A stretch of DNA of 64,000 bases from an uncultured Candidatus Bathyarchaeia archaeon (GTDB taxonomy: Archaea > Thermoproteota > Bathyarchaeia > TCS64). The stretch's first letter is position 1. The number at the start of each line of letters is the position of its first letter. This document shows positions 9,209 through 18,273 of this stretch, piece by piece. The DNA is taken from NCBI GenBank assembly GCA_964589605.1, contig CAZPRN010000002.1, positions 45,180 to 109,179 of the forward strand, given 5' to 3'. The notes beneath the pieces were generated by a model. The model ran no database searches and was not told where the DNA came from. It was given only the letters and a program-made list of their open reading frames with translations. Position numbers and translations under genes: made by a program.

Positions 9209-10000
9209 ATGAGTCTAGGACTTCCAGACTGGCCAGAAGTAGGCTACGTGGTAATCGCCACCGTTAGAAGGGTGGAATCATACGGTGCCTACGTGGTTCT
9301 CGACGAGTTCGGGAACAAGGAAGGTCTCCTACACATCAGCGAGATCAGCAGCCGATGGGTAAGGAACATCCGAAACCACGTCAGACAGGGCCAGAAGGTT
9401 GTCCTACAGGTTCTAAGGACCGACCAGGCAAAAGGTCAGGTTGACCTGAGCCTGCGAAGGGTCAGCAAGGACGAGAAACGCAAGAAACTTGAAGAGTGGA
9501 AGAAAGCCAGAAAGGCTGAGACGCTGCTGACACAGGCGGCTGCCCAGCTAAATATGGATATCGACCAGCTATACGCGGCTGAGGGCGAGAAACTACTTGA
9601 AGAGTACGGCAGCCTATACGAGGCTCTTGAAGCAGCCTCAAAGACAGGGGTTGAGGCACTCACAAGCGTGGGCGTCTCATCTGAGGCAGCCAACGTTCTA
9701 GCAGAGATCAGCAAGGACAAGATTATCATCAAGGGTGTAACCATTCAGGGCATCATTGAGATGACCAGCCTCACAAACGAGGGTGTCGAGGACATCAGGA
9801 TGGCGTTCATAGACGCCGATGATGTAGCAAACCAGCACGAGGCATCAATCAAGATAACCACAAAGGGTGCACCAAAGTACAGGATCGAGCTCACAGCCGA
9901 GGATTACAAGAAGGCTGAGCTCGCCATGGATAAAACCATCACCTATATCCAGGATACCTGGAACAATATTGATGGTACATTCACGTACACAAGGGAGTAA
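9209..10000 (+). CDS. eif2a: Translation initiation factor aIF2 alpha subunit
   Basis: N-terminal S1 domain VIATVRRVESYGAYVVLDEF..EGLLHISEISSRWVRNIRNHV. It sits in the conserved L44e-S27e-aIF2a-Nop10 order. Confidence 0.93.
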   Translation: MSLGLPDWPEVGYVVIATVRRVESYGAYVVLDEFGNKEGLLHISEISSRWVRNIRNHVRQGQKVVLQVLRTDQAKGQVDLSLRRVSKDEKRKKLEEWKKARKAETLLTQAAAQLNMDIDQLYAAEGEKLLEEYGSLYEALEAASKTGVEALTSVGVSSEAANVLAEISKDKIIIKGVTIQGIIEMTSLTNEGVEDIRMAFIDADDVANQHEASIKITTKGAPKYRIELTAEDYKKAELAMDKTITYIQDTWNNIDGTFTYTRE

Positions 10001-10006
10001 TCTCCA

Positions 10007-10177
10007 ATGGTGTGGCTCCTGCGTAAATGCAAGAACTGCAGCGCTTATACCTTGAAGGAAACATGCCCAAAATGTGATGGGCCCGCAATTTCTCCTCATC
10101 CAGCAAAGTTCAGCATGGATGACAAGTACCGCAAGTACAAACTGTTGATGAAGCGCCTCGCCCAGAAGACAGAATAG
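10007..10177 (+). CDS. nop10: H/ACA RNP protein Nop10 (56 aa; absent from the ORF track)
   Basis: Manual translation gives MVWLLRKCKNCSAYTLKETCPKCDGPAISPHPAKFSMDDKYRKYKLLMKRLAQKTE. It has a CxxC..CxxC ribbon followed by PHPAKFS.DDKY. Confidence 0.9.
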   Translation: MVWLLRKCKNCSAYTLKETCPKCDGPAISPHPAKFSMDDKYRKYKLLMKRLAQKTE

Positions 10178-10247
10178 ACAATAATTATTCTAGTTACGGG
10201 TGGAAAGGCTTTTTACACCACAAACACCATGAAGTAACTCGATAACA

Positions 10248-10616
10248 ATGGCAAAGAGTTATGTCAGGATCTATGGTCCACCACTGTTAAAGGCAATAAA
10301 AACACTAGAAGGCGTAGCCGTTGAGATGGCGAACAAGACCGAGGTCAAGTTCAGCCACAAATGCGTCCCATATCCAACAAGGATGCAGAGCGACAAGAAC
10401 GACTGGAACACCTACCTAGCGAACATGCAGAAGACCTACAAGGACTGCTATGAGCCAGAGAAGATAATCAGCGACGCATCAATGACACTCGGCGACTATG
10501 ATTTCGTGTTCGAGTGGACAAGCAAGCCCTCTCTACAGCAGATCGAGGAGCTCATTGCGAAAGTAGATGCCGCGCTGGCTGATGTTGGCGTACTATACAC
10601 TCTGACAACAGAGTAA
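10248..10616 (+). CDS. Hypothetical protein (122 aa), no family recognised
   Basis: Clean ATG ORF with coding-like composition. A T-rich tract follows it. No motif identified. Confidence 0.5.
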   Translation: MAKSYVRIYGPPLLKAIKTLEGVAVEMANKTEVKFSHKCVPYPTRMQSDKNDWNTYLANMQKTYKDCYEPEKIISDASMTLGDYDFVFEWTSKPSLQQIEELIAKVDAALADVGVLYTLTTE

Positions 10617-10707
10617 TCTCATCTTCAATTTTCAACCAGTTTTTGTTTTATTTATACCCCTAGTGTTCACTAGGATCAAATTAATAAAAAAGAAAAAGAT
10701 GGGGATC

Positions 10708-10860
10708 TTATTCGGCTCTCTTTTCAGCTTCCATTCGCTGGCTGGCTTCCTCAGCTAGTCTGAGTGCCTTCCGCTCCTGGAGCTCCTCGTAAACGATGAA
10801 GACTGGCATGATAACCCATAGGGCGATCATTAGCCAGAACAGCATGGTATCAGTATCCAT
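10708..10860 (-). CDS. Possible 50-aa single-TM protein at the 3' end of the permease operon
   Basis: Manual translation gives [50 protein letters not shown]. Its ATG lies 2 nt downstream of the LivM-like stop codon. Confidence 0.3.
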   Translation of the reverse strand: MDTDTMLFWLMIALWVIMPVFIVYEELQERKALRLAEEASQRMEAEKRAE

Positions 10861-10862
10861 AC

Positions 10863-12071
10863 TTAGCCCTCCTCCGGTTTCTTGCCGCTAAGCACGTTGA
10901 TTAGTCCGCTGATTCCACTTGAGAATCCACGGTTGTGCTTAGTTGCCTCCTTCCAGTCGATCTGAGCTTCTTCCTGAACCATCATCGTGTAGTTAACTCC
11001 AGGGATGTATAGCAGCTTCTCGGGGATCAGTCCGTTTGGACGGAACATGATTACCGCGATAAGCAGCACACCTAGGAGAATACTCTCGAAGTAGGCTACT
11101 GGGAAGAAGAAGACTTCCTGTAGGAACCATTTGTTTACGATGATAATACGGCGCATAGCGACGATCAGCGCACAGCCTAGGAATGTTCCGGCGTTGTTAC
11201 CGGGGCCTCCCAGGATGAGCATTAGCCAAGGCCAGTATGTCCAGAAAGCGCGCTGGTAGTTCGCCTCTACGACGAAGCTGAAGTAGAAGGCTAGCAGTGT
11301 GCCCGATAGAGCAGTGATTCCGCTTGCGAACATTAGGATATTCTTCCTAATGCCAACTACGTTCTTTCCAACGCTTCCGACTGTGACCTCGTTCTCACGG
11401 ATAGCCCTCATCAACCTTCCGTATGGGCTGTTCAGCATCGTTCTGAATATGAAGAAGCTGACTAGTCCTAGGAATAGTGTGACTACCGCCGTGAGCACCG
11501 TCCTGTCGCCGGGGTACCATTCGAAAATGTTCGGGATGAACATACCGAGTGTACCACCGCTGATCCATGGAATGTTCCTTCCGAAGATCTGCGCAGCGTC
11601 TGCCATCGTTGTTAGGACGATCATCAGATAGGTAGCCCTTAGCCTGATGGCTGGTAGGCTGATAACCCATCCGACAATCGCACCTAAGATGATTGACATG
11701 GCGAGGCTGAAGAGAAGCATTGACCATCCGAACGTGGAGTTGGTCTCGATGAATCCGTTCGCTGTCCTGACGTTTGCTGGGTTGTTGTATACCCAGTCAA
11801 AGTCATCCGCCCAATCCATTAGCTCTATACCGGCACCCTCAATCATTGTGAACATTAACCTTACGGTCAACGCACTGACGGTGAATCCGCCGGTGATAAC
11901 CTGTACGGCGCAGCCCATGTTGGGGATACCCGCGTTTCCGTACTGGAAGTTTAGAGCCATGGCGACGATAACGAACAGACCGAAATACATGGCTATGTCT
12001 ACGATTAGCCTAGCTGATCCTGAGACCGCTACGCCGCTCGTGAGTAAGCTCATTGCAACATCTTGTAGCAT
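10863..12071 (-). CDS. livM: Branched-chain amino acid ABC transporter permease (LivM-like)
   Basis: Polytopic membrane protein with a LivM-type layout. It is tightly coupled to the upstream LivH-like gene (1-nt gap). Confidence 0.85.
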   Translation of the reverse strand: MLQDVAMSLLTSGVAVSGSARLIVDIAMYFGLFVIVAMALNFQYGNAGIPNMGCAVQVITGGFTVSALTVRLMFTMIEGAGIELMDWADDFDWVYNNPANVRTANGFIETNSTFGWSMLLFSLAMSIILGAIVGWVISLPAIRLRATYLMIVLTTMADAAQIFGRNIPWISGGTLGMFIPNIFEWYPGDRTVLTAVVTLFLGLVSFFIFRTMLNSPYGRLMRAIRENEVTVGSVGKNVVGIRKNILMFASGITALSGTLLAFYFSFVVEANYQRAFWTYWPWLMLILGGPGNNAGTFLGCALIVAMRRIIIVNKWFLQEVFFFPVAYFESILLGVLLIAVIMFRPNGLIPEKLLYIPGVNYTMMVQEEAQIDWKEATKHNRGFSSGISGLINVLSGKKPEEG

Positions 12072-12072
12072 T

Positions 12073-13149
12073 TTACTCTTCCTCCTTCATCAGACCGATT
12101 GTTTTCAGGAAACTTTCTCCTGTGTCGGTCGCTACGAACTTTGACCAAACACCCTGTAGACCCTCTGGCTCGATCAGTAGAACTGTAACGAGGAAGATCA
12201 TCGGGATCATTGGCCTGTACTCGCCTACCCATACACCGATAACTGCCTGACCCCAGGTTGTAAGCAGAATCTCGGACATGCCGACGATTACACCGCCGAC
12301 AACGCTTCCATAGATGCTGTCAAAGCCACCCAACAGACTACCGGCCATGATGCTTGTGATCATCATGGCGCCGGACGATGGAGTGCTCTGGAACCATAGT
12401 GGGATCATCGCGCCGGCTAGGCATGCGAGTCCTCCGGTTAGGAACCAGCTGAACAACTGTATCTGGTTGATGTTAATACCGAGAACAGATGCAAGCTCTG
12501 GGTCTTCTGCCGTCGCCCTCATGGCGACACCCATCTTGGTTCGTGTAAGCATAAAGTGCAGCGCAATAACCAAGGTAATGGTCATCGTGATCGATACAAC
12601 GAAGATTCCTGGGAAGTCTCCGATCTTAAAGTCGGACTCCTTCAACAGGAAAGCCATTGTATAGGTGCTGTACCTTTCCCTAAGCCAGTAGGCGTAGATC
12701 TGAATCAACGCCGTAAGGAAGATCTGGATGGCCAACGTCGAGATAGTCAGGACGATAGACCCTCCACCCATGTTAGTGAGTACCCTGATTACTACAAGGT
12801 AAACAATAACGCTGAAGATGCCTCCAACTATGAAGGCTAGTGGGAACCCTAGGTAAGGGTTGATTCCCAAGATCTTAGCAAAGGTGTAGCTTACGTAGAT
12901 ACCAATACCTGCATATGTTCCGTGCGCGAAGTTTGGTACCTTCGCGGTTAGATACGTCAATGTAAAGCCGATACTTAGCAGCGTGAGTTCTGAAGCGAAC
13001 ACCATCGCTGCCATCCAAATTGCAGGGATTAACATGTTAAGTAAACCCGTTACGCTTGTGCCGCTAATCGCTAATAATATTTTTCCCGAAAAGCCGTCTC
13101 CCTTATCGAAAAAGACGCCAAAATAGGGTTTTTTACAGTGTTTAATCAA
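12073..13149 (-). CDS. livH: Branched-chain amino acid ABC transporter permease (LivH-like)
   Basis: LSIGFTLTYLTAKVPNFAHGTY and other LivH-type TM blocks. The true start may be the internal ATG at 13035 (MLIPAIW...). Confidence 0.85.
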   Translation of the reverse strand: MIKHCKKPYFGVFFDKGDGFSGKILLAISGTSVTGLLNMLIPAIWMAAMVFASELTLLSIGFTLTYLTAKVPNFAHGTYAGIGIYVSYTFAKILGINPYLGFPLAFIVGGIFSVIVYLVVIRVLTNMGGGSIVLTISTLAIQIFLTALIQIYAYWLRERYSTYTMAFLLKESDFKIGDFPGIFVVSITMTITLVIALHFMLTRTKMGVAMRATAEDPELASVLGININQIQLFSWFLTGGLACLAGAMIPLWFQSTPSSGAMMITSIMAGSLLGGFDSIYGSVVGGVIVGMSEILLTTWGQAVIGVWVGEYRPMIPMIFLVTVLLIEPEGLQGVWSKFVATDTGESFLKTIGLMKEEE

Positions 13150-13280
13150 AATTCAAGCTCAAAAAGCCTTCTATCTTTCATTTTTCAGTTAAGGCAAATA
13201 AGGATTGGTAAAAACCTTATATAATGTAATGGTTGTAAATTCTCCTTGCGACAAACCATAAGGTGAAGCAAGACTTGGAA

Positions 13281-14579
13281 ATGAAAGGTAACACACTAGC
13301 AATTGTGCTTCTAGTCGTCGGACTTGTAGTCGGCGGTGGAGCAGGATACTTCATGGCACCCAAAGAGACAGTAGTCGAAGGTGGAGGCCCTGGAGAGACT
13401 ATCATAAAAGCTCCCCTAGAAGGTGAAACCGTACAGATCGGTTACATCTCCTCAACCACTGCAGGTCTCGAAACAGCTACGCCACTCGTACAGGACATCT
13501 TGATGGTGGACTATAACGAGTACGCAGCGAAACTAGGATTGGATGTCGATTTCGAGTACCTGATTGACGATGCAACTGGTCAGGCCGCGGTCCACTTGGA
13601 GAAGGTCCAGGGATTCAAATCCATGGACGTAAACGTCTTCATGGGTGGCGGTTGGTCAAGCCACGCGCAGGCAGCGCTCAGCTACTGTAACGACAACGAC
13701 ATGCTAATGTGGAGCTCATCCTCAACTAGCCCACTTCTCGCAATAGGTGACGACAACCTATACAGGATGTGTCCAGACGACACGATCCAGGCCCCAGCCA
13801 TCAGCGCAATGCTGCTGAGCCACGGCATCAAGGCAGTCGTCGTACTCCAGCGTGGTGACGCTTGGGCAGACGGAATTTACAACTATTTCGAGCCCGCGTA
13901 TACCGCAGCCGGCGGCGTAATCCTAGAGAAGATCAGGTATGCTGGTGAGGCAACAGAGTTCAGCAACTATCTACAGACCGCAGAAGGCAAGATCGCTGAC
14001 GCGATTGACACCTACGGCGTAGATCACGTTGCACTGGAGGTTATATCCTTCAGCGAGAGCGTAGTCATGGTAACCCAGGCAGTCGACTACCCAGCTGTTT
14101 ACAGCGTAAAGTGGTTCGGCTCTGACGGTACAACCATGAGTCAGCAGCACTGTGACGACGCACCAGAGCAGACTCTACACGTTAAACTGTACAGTACTCT
14201 GGCGGCACCAGCTGCATCAGAGAAATACCAGGACCTATACGACAGGTACTTCGGACTGGTAGCCCAGCCAATGGGTTACTATACCGCATGTTCCTACGAC
14301 ATCGGTTGGGTACTCACTGAGAGCATCCTGAACGCACAGACAACTGACGCTACTATCCTTATCCCAATCCAGCACGACACAGCTTTCAACAACTTCGGAG
14401 CAAGCGGTTGGAACAGGCTGAACGAGGCTGGCGACAGGTACGGAAGTAACTACCAGATCTGGAGCTACTACGATGATAATGGTGTCTGCAAGCCCCACGC
14501 AGTCGGCCTATTCGACGGTATTACCGGCGAGGTCACTTGGGACACAGCAGCCATCGGCTACATCCCACCCACACTATAA
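13281..14579 (+). CDS. ABC transporter substrate-binding protein (LivJ/type 1 periplasmic-binding fold), membrane-anchored
   Basis: N-terminal anchor LAIVLLVVGLVVGGGAGYF followed by IGYISSTTAGLE... in a PBP1-like layout. It is divergent from the livHM-like genes. The ATG at 13281 is preferred over the GTG at 13263. Confidence 0.8.
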   Translation: MKGNTLAIVLLVVGLVVGGGAGYFMAPKETVVEGGGPGETIIKAPLEGETVQIGYISSTTAGLETATPLVQDILMVDYNEYAAKLGLDVDFEYLIDDATGQAAVHLEKVQGFKSMDVNVFMGGGWSSHAQAALSYCNDNDMLMWSSSSTSPLLAIGDDNLYRMCPDDTIQAPAISAMLLSHGIKAVVVLQRGDAWADGIYNYFEPAYTAAGGVILEKIRYAGEATEFSNYLQTAEGKIADAIDTYGVDHVALEVISFSESVVMVTQAVDYPAVYSVKWFGSDGTTMSQQHCDDAPEQTLHVKLYSTLAAPAASEKYQDLYDRYFGLVAQPMGYYTACSYDIGWVLTESILNAQTTDATILIPIQHDTAFNNFGASGWNRLNEAGDRYGSNYQIWSYYDDNGVCKPHAVGLFDGITGEVTWDTAAIGYIPPTL

Positions 14580-14593
14580 GCACAAACCTAACC

Positions 14594-14608
14594 TTTTTTC
14601 TATTTTTT
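14594..14608 (+). terminator. Oligo-T tracts (T6-cta-T6) downstream of the binding-protein gene
   Basis: CCTTTTTTCTATTTTTTAC begins 15 nt after the stop. Archaeal termination commonly uses oligo-T. Confidence 0.35.
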
Positions 14609-14793
14609 ACATATCACTGAATAACATATACAGCCCCTATTTCCTTCAATAATATGTGCTGAAAAGACTTGTAAATTACCCTCCTTTTATGAAAATAACT
14701 CAAAAAACGTTCCTTCATATATAGCTGAATCTGCCCGTCTCTGCAAAATTATTTAAACAATGCGTGCACGCTATATGGTTAGTTGATGCCGAC

Positions 14794-15552
14794 ATGTCGG
14801 AAATACTAAAAATCGATAACGTTCACAAATTCTTCGGCAAGTTCGCGGCCAACGACGGCGTTAGCTTCAGTTTGAAGGAAGGCGGCATCTATCTGCTCGT
14901 CGGGCCAAACGGCTGTGGAAAATCAACACTAGTAAACTGTGTTTCAGGAATCTTCGTTCCAGAGATTGGAACTGTTCACTATCGTGATGCAGACATCACA
15001 AGTGAGGACATGTACAAGATCGCGAGGAGGGGACTTGTACGTACCTTCCAGATAGCGTCACCCTTCCTGAGTCTAACAACACTTGAAAACATGCTAGTGG
15101 CTTTGCCGGACAACGCAGGTGAGAACATCGCCTTATCCCTATTCAAGCCAACTTGGATTGACAGCGAGATCAGCGCCGTAAGGCGCGCAACTGAGCTCCT
15201 GAAAGTCCTTGGGCTAAAGCACGTATGGAACAAGCCAGCGAACACCCTCAGCGGTGGAGAGCTAAAACTCCTTGAGATCGGACGCGCTCTGATGAGCGGC
15301 GCCGAGACAATCCTGCTGGACGAGCCCGTAGGTAGCATCGACCCAGTACTCTGTCACCAGATCTTCAGCCACGTGCTGAGGCTAAGGGACGAGCTAGGAA
15401 TCACATTCCTGGTTATCGAGCACAGGCTAGAGGTAGCTGCACAGTACGCGGACCACGTCTTCGCTATGGACAGGGGTAAGCTAATCGTCGAGGGCACCGC
15501 AGAGCAAGTCTTCGAGGACGAGCGAGTAATCAAATCATACCTGGGTGAGTAA
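14794..15552 (+). CDS. livG: Branched-chain amino acid ABC transporter ATP-binding protein (LivG-like)
   Basis: Walker A GPNGCGKST, signature LSGGELK, Walker B ILLDEP. The ATG at 14794 (MSEILKIDNV) is preferred. Confidence 0.9.
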   Translation: MSEILKIDNVHKFFGKFAANDGVSFSLKEGGIYLLVGPNGCGKSTLVNCVSGIFVPEIGTVHYRDADITSEDMYKIARRGLVRTFQIASPFLSLTTLENMLVALPDNAGENIALSLFKPTWIDSEISAVRRATELLKVLGLKHVWNKPANTLSGGELKLLEIGRALMSGAETILLDEPVGSIDPVLCHQIFSHVLRLRDELGITFLVIEHRLEVAAQYADHVFAMDRGKLIVEGTAEQVFEDERVIKSYLGE

Positions 15553-16309
15553 AATGGGAAGCAAATACATTATGGAAACAAAGGGCCTTAACGTAGGTTA
15601 CGGTCCTATCCACGTCATCTACGACTGTGACTTCAGGGTCCCAAACGGAGAGGTAACAATCATCGTAGGCCCAAACGGCGTAGGAAAGACCACACTGCTC
15701 AAGGCAGTAATGGGTCTAGCGACCGTTTACTCAGGTGAGGTTCACTTCGAAGGAAACAACATCACTAATGATGCTCCATATGAGAGGACCAAGGCTGGAA
15801 TCGGCTACATGCCCCAGACTGGTAACATCTTTAGCAAGCTTACCGTTGATGAGAACCTCAAGATGGCTGCGTACACAATGAATGACCCTGATGTCATTCA
15901 GGACAAGAAAGAGTTCGTCTACAGTCTATTCCCAAGGCTCAAGGACTTCCTGCCCAGGGCGGCTGGTACTTTGAGCGGCGGTGAGCGCCAGATGCTCGCT
16001 GAGGGAATGGTGCTGATGAGGGACCCCAAGATCATGATGGTCGACGAGCCAACTGCGGGCCTGATGCCTAAGCTGGTCAACGACGTCATGAGGCAGCTCA
16101 AGGAGATGGCTGACGAGACTGGTCTGCCAATCGTTCTGGTAGAGCAGCGTGCCCGTAGGGCGTTGGCCGTAGGTGACTATGCGTACATGATGAGAGGTGG
16201 AAAGTTCACGTTCGAGGGTAATGCCCCTGATCTGTTGGCTAACCCGCAGCTTGAGGAAATGTACCTGGGCGCCGTAGAGGTCCACGACATTAAGGGAGTA
16301 AAGGAGTAA
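15545..16309 (+). CDS. livF: Branched-chain amino acid ABC transporter ATP-binding protein (LivF-like)
   Basis: Walker A GPNGVGKTT, signature LSGGERQ, Walker B MMVDEP. It overlaps the end of livG. Confidence 0.9.
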   Translation: MSKMGSKYIMETKGLNVGYGPIHVIYDCDFRVPNGEVTIIVGPNGVGKTTLLKAVMGLATVYSGEVHFEGNNITNDAPYERTKAGIGYMPQTGNIFSKLTVDENLKMAAYTMNDPDVIQDKKEFVYSLFPRLKDFLPRAAGTLSGGERQMLAEGMVLMRDPKIMMVDEPTAGLMPKLVNDVMRQLKEMADETGLPIVLVEQRARRALAVGDYAYMMRGGKFTFEGNAPDLLANPQLEEMYLGAVEVHDIKGVKE

Positions 16310-16352
16310 TCCTTTCCCAACCAATTTTATTGATTTTACAAACTAGTGGAAA

Positions 16353-17531
16353 CTAGGATTGAAGTATCCGTTTTATTTTCTCAACCACTAGCGGGTGTTC
16401 CCCATCAAGCATGTACTGGGGGTTGATGGTCACCTTACCGGGGCATGGTCCAAGCATGAACTCCGGCTCGTAGATGACGTACACGATGGGATCACCCTCT
16501 TTTAGTCTGGACACCAGTTCTCTGCCTGAGACCCCTGTAACTGACTCGTCTAGCGTTATCGCGCAGAATGGTGCCATGGGCTCACCATCCTCGACTACCC
16601 TCTGATGCACAATCTCGGCTAAAACACCGGGTATTTTGGATAACTCATCCAGGAAGTAGTTCGCCCAACGTGTCCATTCCTTGAACTCGTGCTCCTCGTC
16701 GTGCTCAAGGAAAATCCATAGGGCTTCGACGAGCCCGACTATGGTTTCTCTGCTCATCTTCGAGGCTCTGCCCACCCCGTTAAACGGATAGGATTGAAGG
16801 TGGGCCAGTTTGATCAGGTCTGCTCTCCCAGCTAGTAAGCCGCTATTGTTTGGGCCAGCTAGGTGCTTCCCTCCACTGTAGGTCACCAGGTCAGCGCCTT
16901 TGTCGATGTACATCCTGAGTTTGCGTCTCGGTGGAATCTCGGCAGCTGCGTCCACTATTACCGGGACTTTGTGTTTTTTCGCTATCTCTATAACCTTCTC
17001 AAGTGGCTGGCTTCCCCTCAGGTTCCTAGCAGTGTAGTAATAGGCAGCGGTTTTCTCTGGGTCATACGCGTTGAACAGGGCTTCCTCTGTAGGCTCAACC
17101 TCCTTGAACATTCCACCTGCTAGACCGACGCTGTAATCGTACCCGTTCCTGTTGGTGCTCTGGACTATGAACTCTGTCTTCAACCCGTCCGTGTACACCG
17201 GTAGCTTCATGGTTAGGCTGCTCCATCCTCCTCCACCCATTGGGTCGTAACTCTCCAGCTCAGTGCCCTTCATCATGCAGGCTGCAGCTGATAACTGTAG
17301 ACCGCACACGGCGGATGCGACAGGTAAACCCGCCTCAGCGCCTGTTGCTTTTGCTATCTCTTTCCCAGCCCATCTCTGTAACTCTGGTATGCTGGCGAAT
17401 GCCTTACCAGCCTCAGCCATCGCCTTGAATATTCTCTGGTCAGGGATACTTCCACCAAGCATCGTGATGCTAGTGGCAGCGTTGATCACCCTTTTCAAAC
17501 CGTATTTCTCGAACGGGTTGTGTAGCGTCAT
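16353..17531 (-). CDS. SelA-like PLP-dependent enzyme (L-seryl-tRNA(Sec) selenium transferase-related / DgaE-like)
   Basis: RVINAATSITMLGGS near the N-terminus and SGGKHLAGPNNSGLLAG, the SelA-family PLP-Lys block. It lacks the N-terminal tRNA-binding extension of bona fide SelA. Confidence 0.65.
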   Translation of the reverse strand: MTLHNPFEKYGLKRVINAATSITMLGGSIPDQRIFKAMAEAGKAFASIPELQRWAGKEIAKATGAEAGLPVASAVCGLQLSAAACMMKGTELESYDPMGGGGWSSLTMKLPVYTDGLKTEFIVQSTNRNGYDYSVGLAGGMFKEVEPTEEALFNAYDPEKTAAYYYTARNLRGSQPLEKVIEIAKKHKVPVIVDAAAEIPPRRKLRMYIDKGADLVTYSGGKHLAGPNNSGLLAGRADLIKLAHLQSYPFNGVGRASKMSRETIVGLVEALWIFLEHDEEHEFKEWTRWANYFLDELSKIPGVLAEIVHQRVVEDGEPMAPFCAITLDESVTGVSGRELVSRLKEGDPIVYVIYEPEFMLGPCPGKVTINPQYMLDGEHPLVVEKIKRILQS

Positions 17532-17578
17532 ATTTAGTTATGTTACAGATGAGAATAAAGAAAATGCGATATGACTTC

Positions 17579-18205
17579 CTAAGTTATCTCTTTAACTTTC
17601 GCAGCCACGGCTAGTCCGAGCTTCCTGTGATTTTCCTCATCAAAGTGGATGCCATCAACTGGACTGGACTCGATGTGTTTCCCTGCATCAAGGAAGTGGC
17701 AGCCCCTCTCGTTGGCGACTCTCCTGTAATGCTTGCTGAACCCCAACGATTTCTCCTTTGACCCCATGAATATCTCCGTTGTTGGAAGCGGGACGGTTGG
17801 GGGAGGAGCAATCAAAAGTACTTCCGGTGGATTCTTGTCGATGCCTGTGTCGCTCTTCTGGACTATATCAACCAGTACCCCGGCTCCGCTGGCGATGTCA
17901 TACGCGTTGAGACTGAACCTCGTCTTGAGGTCGTTGGTGCCAAGCATGATTATTACCAAGTCAACTGGTTTGTGGGTCTGGATGCATGGGCGTAGGTAGG
18001 TTGCCCCGTTCTTGTCGAGCTCGATAGGGTCATCCCATACAGTTGTCCTACCGTTTAGTCCCTCCTCGATAATTAGGTAATCCCCACCCAGATCCTCTCG
18101 TAGAACACCAGTCCATCGTTTTTCCCTTGGGAGCCTAGTCATGGATTCGGGGTCGTATCCCCATGTGTTGCTGTCGCCATAGCAGAGAACAGTCTTCATG
18201 GACAA
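17579..18205 (-). CDS. SGNH/GDSL-family hydrolase (arylesterase-like)
   Basis: Block I CYGDSNTWGY, block III MLGTNDL, block V DGIHFD. Confidence 0.8.
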   Translation of the reverse strand: MSMKTVLCYGDSNTWGYDPESMTRLPREKRWTGVLREDLGGDYLIIEEGLNGRTTVWDDPIELDKNGATYLRPCIQTHKPVDLVIIMLGTNDLKTRFSLNAYDIASGAGVLVDIVQKSDTGIDKNPPEVLLIAPPPTVPLPTTEIFMGSKEKSLGFSKHYRRVANERGCHFLDAGKHIESSPVDGIHFDEENHRKLGLAVAAKVKEIT

Positions 18206-18273
18206 TGAACAGGCTTATTTCCTTTATCTACTTGGTGACGGATGCGTGGTGAAGACTAGTTTTTTATGAATCT

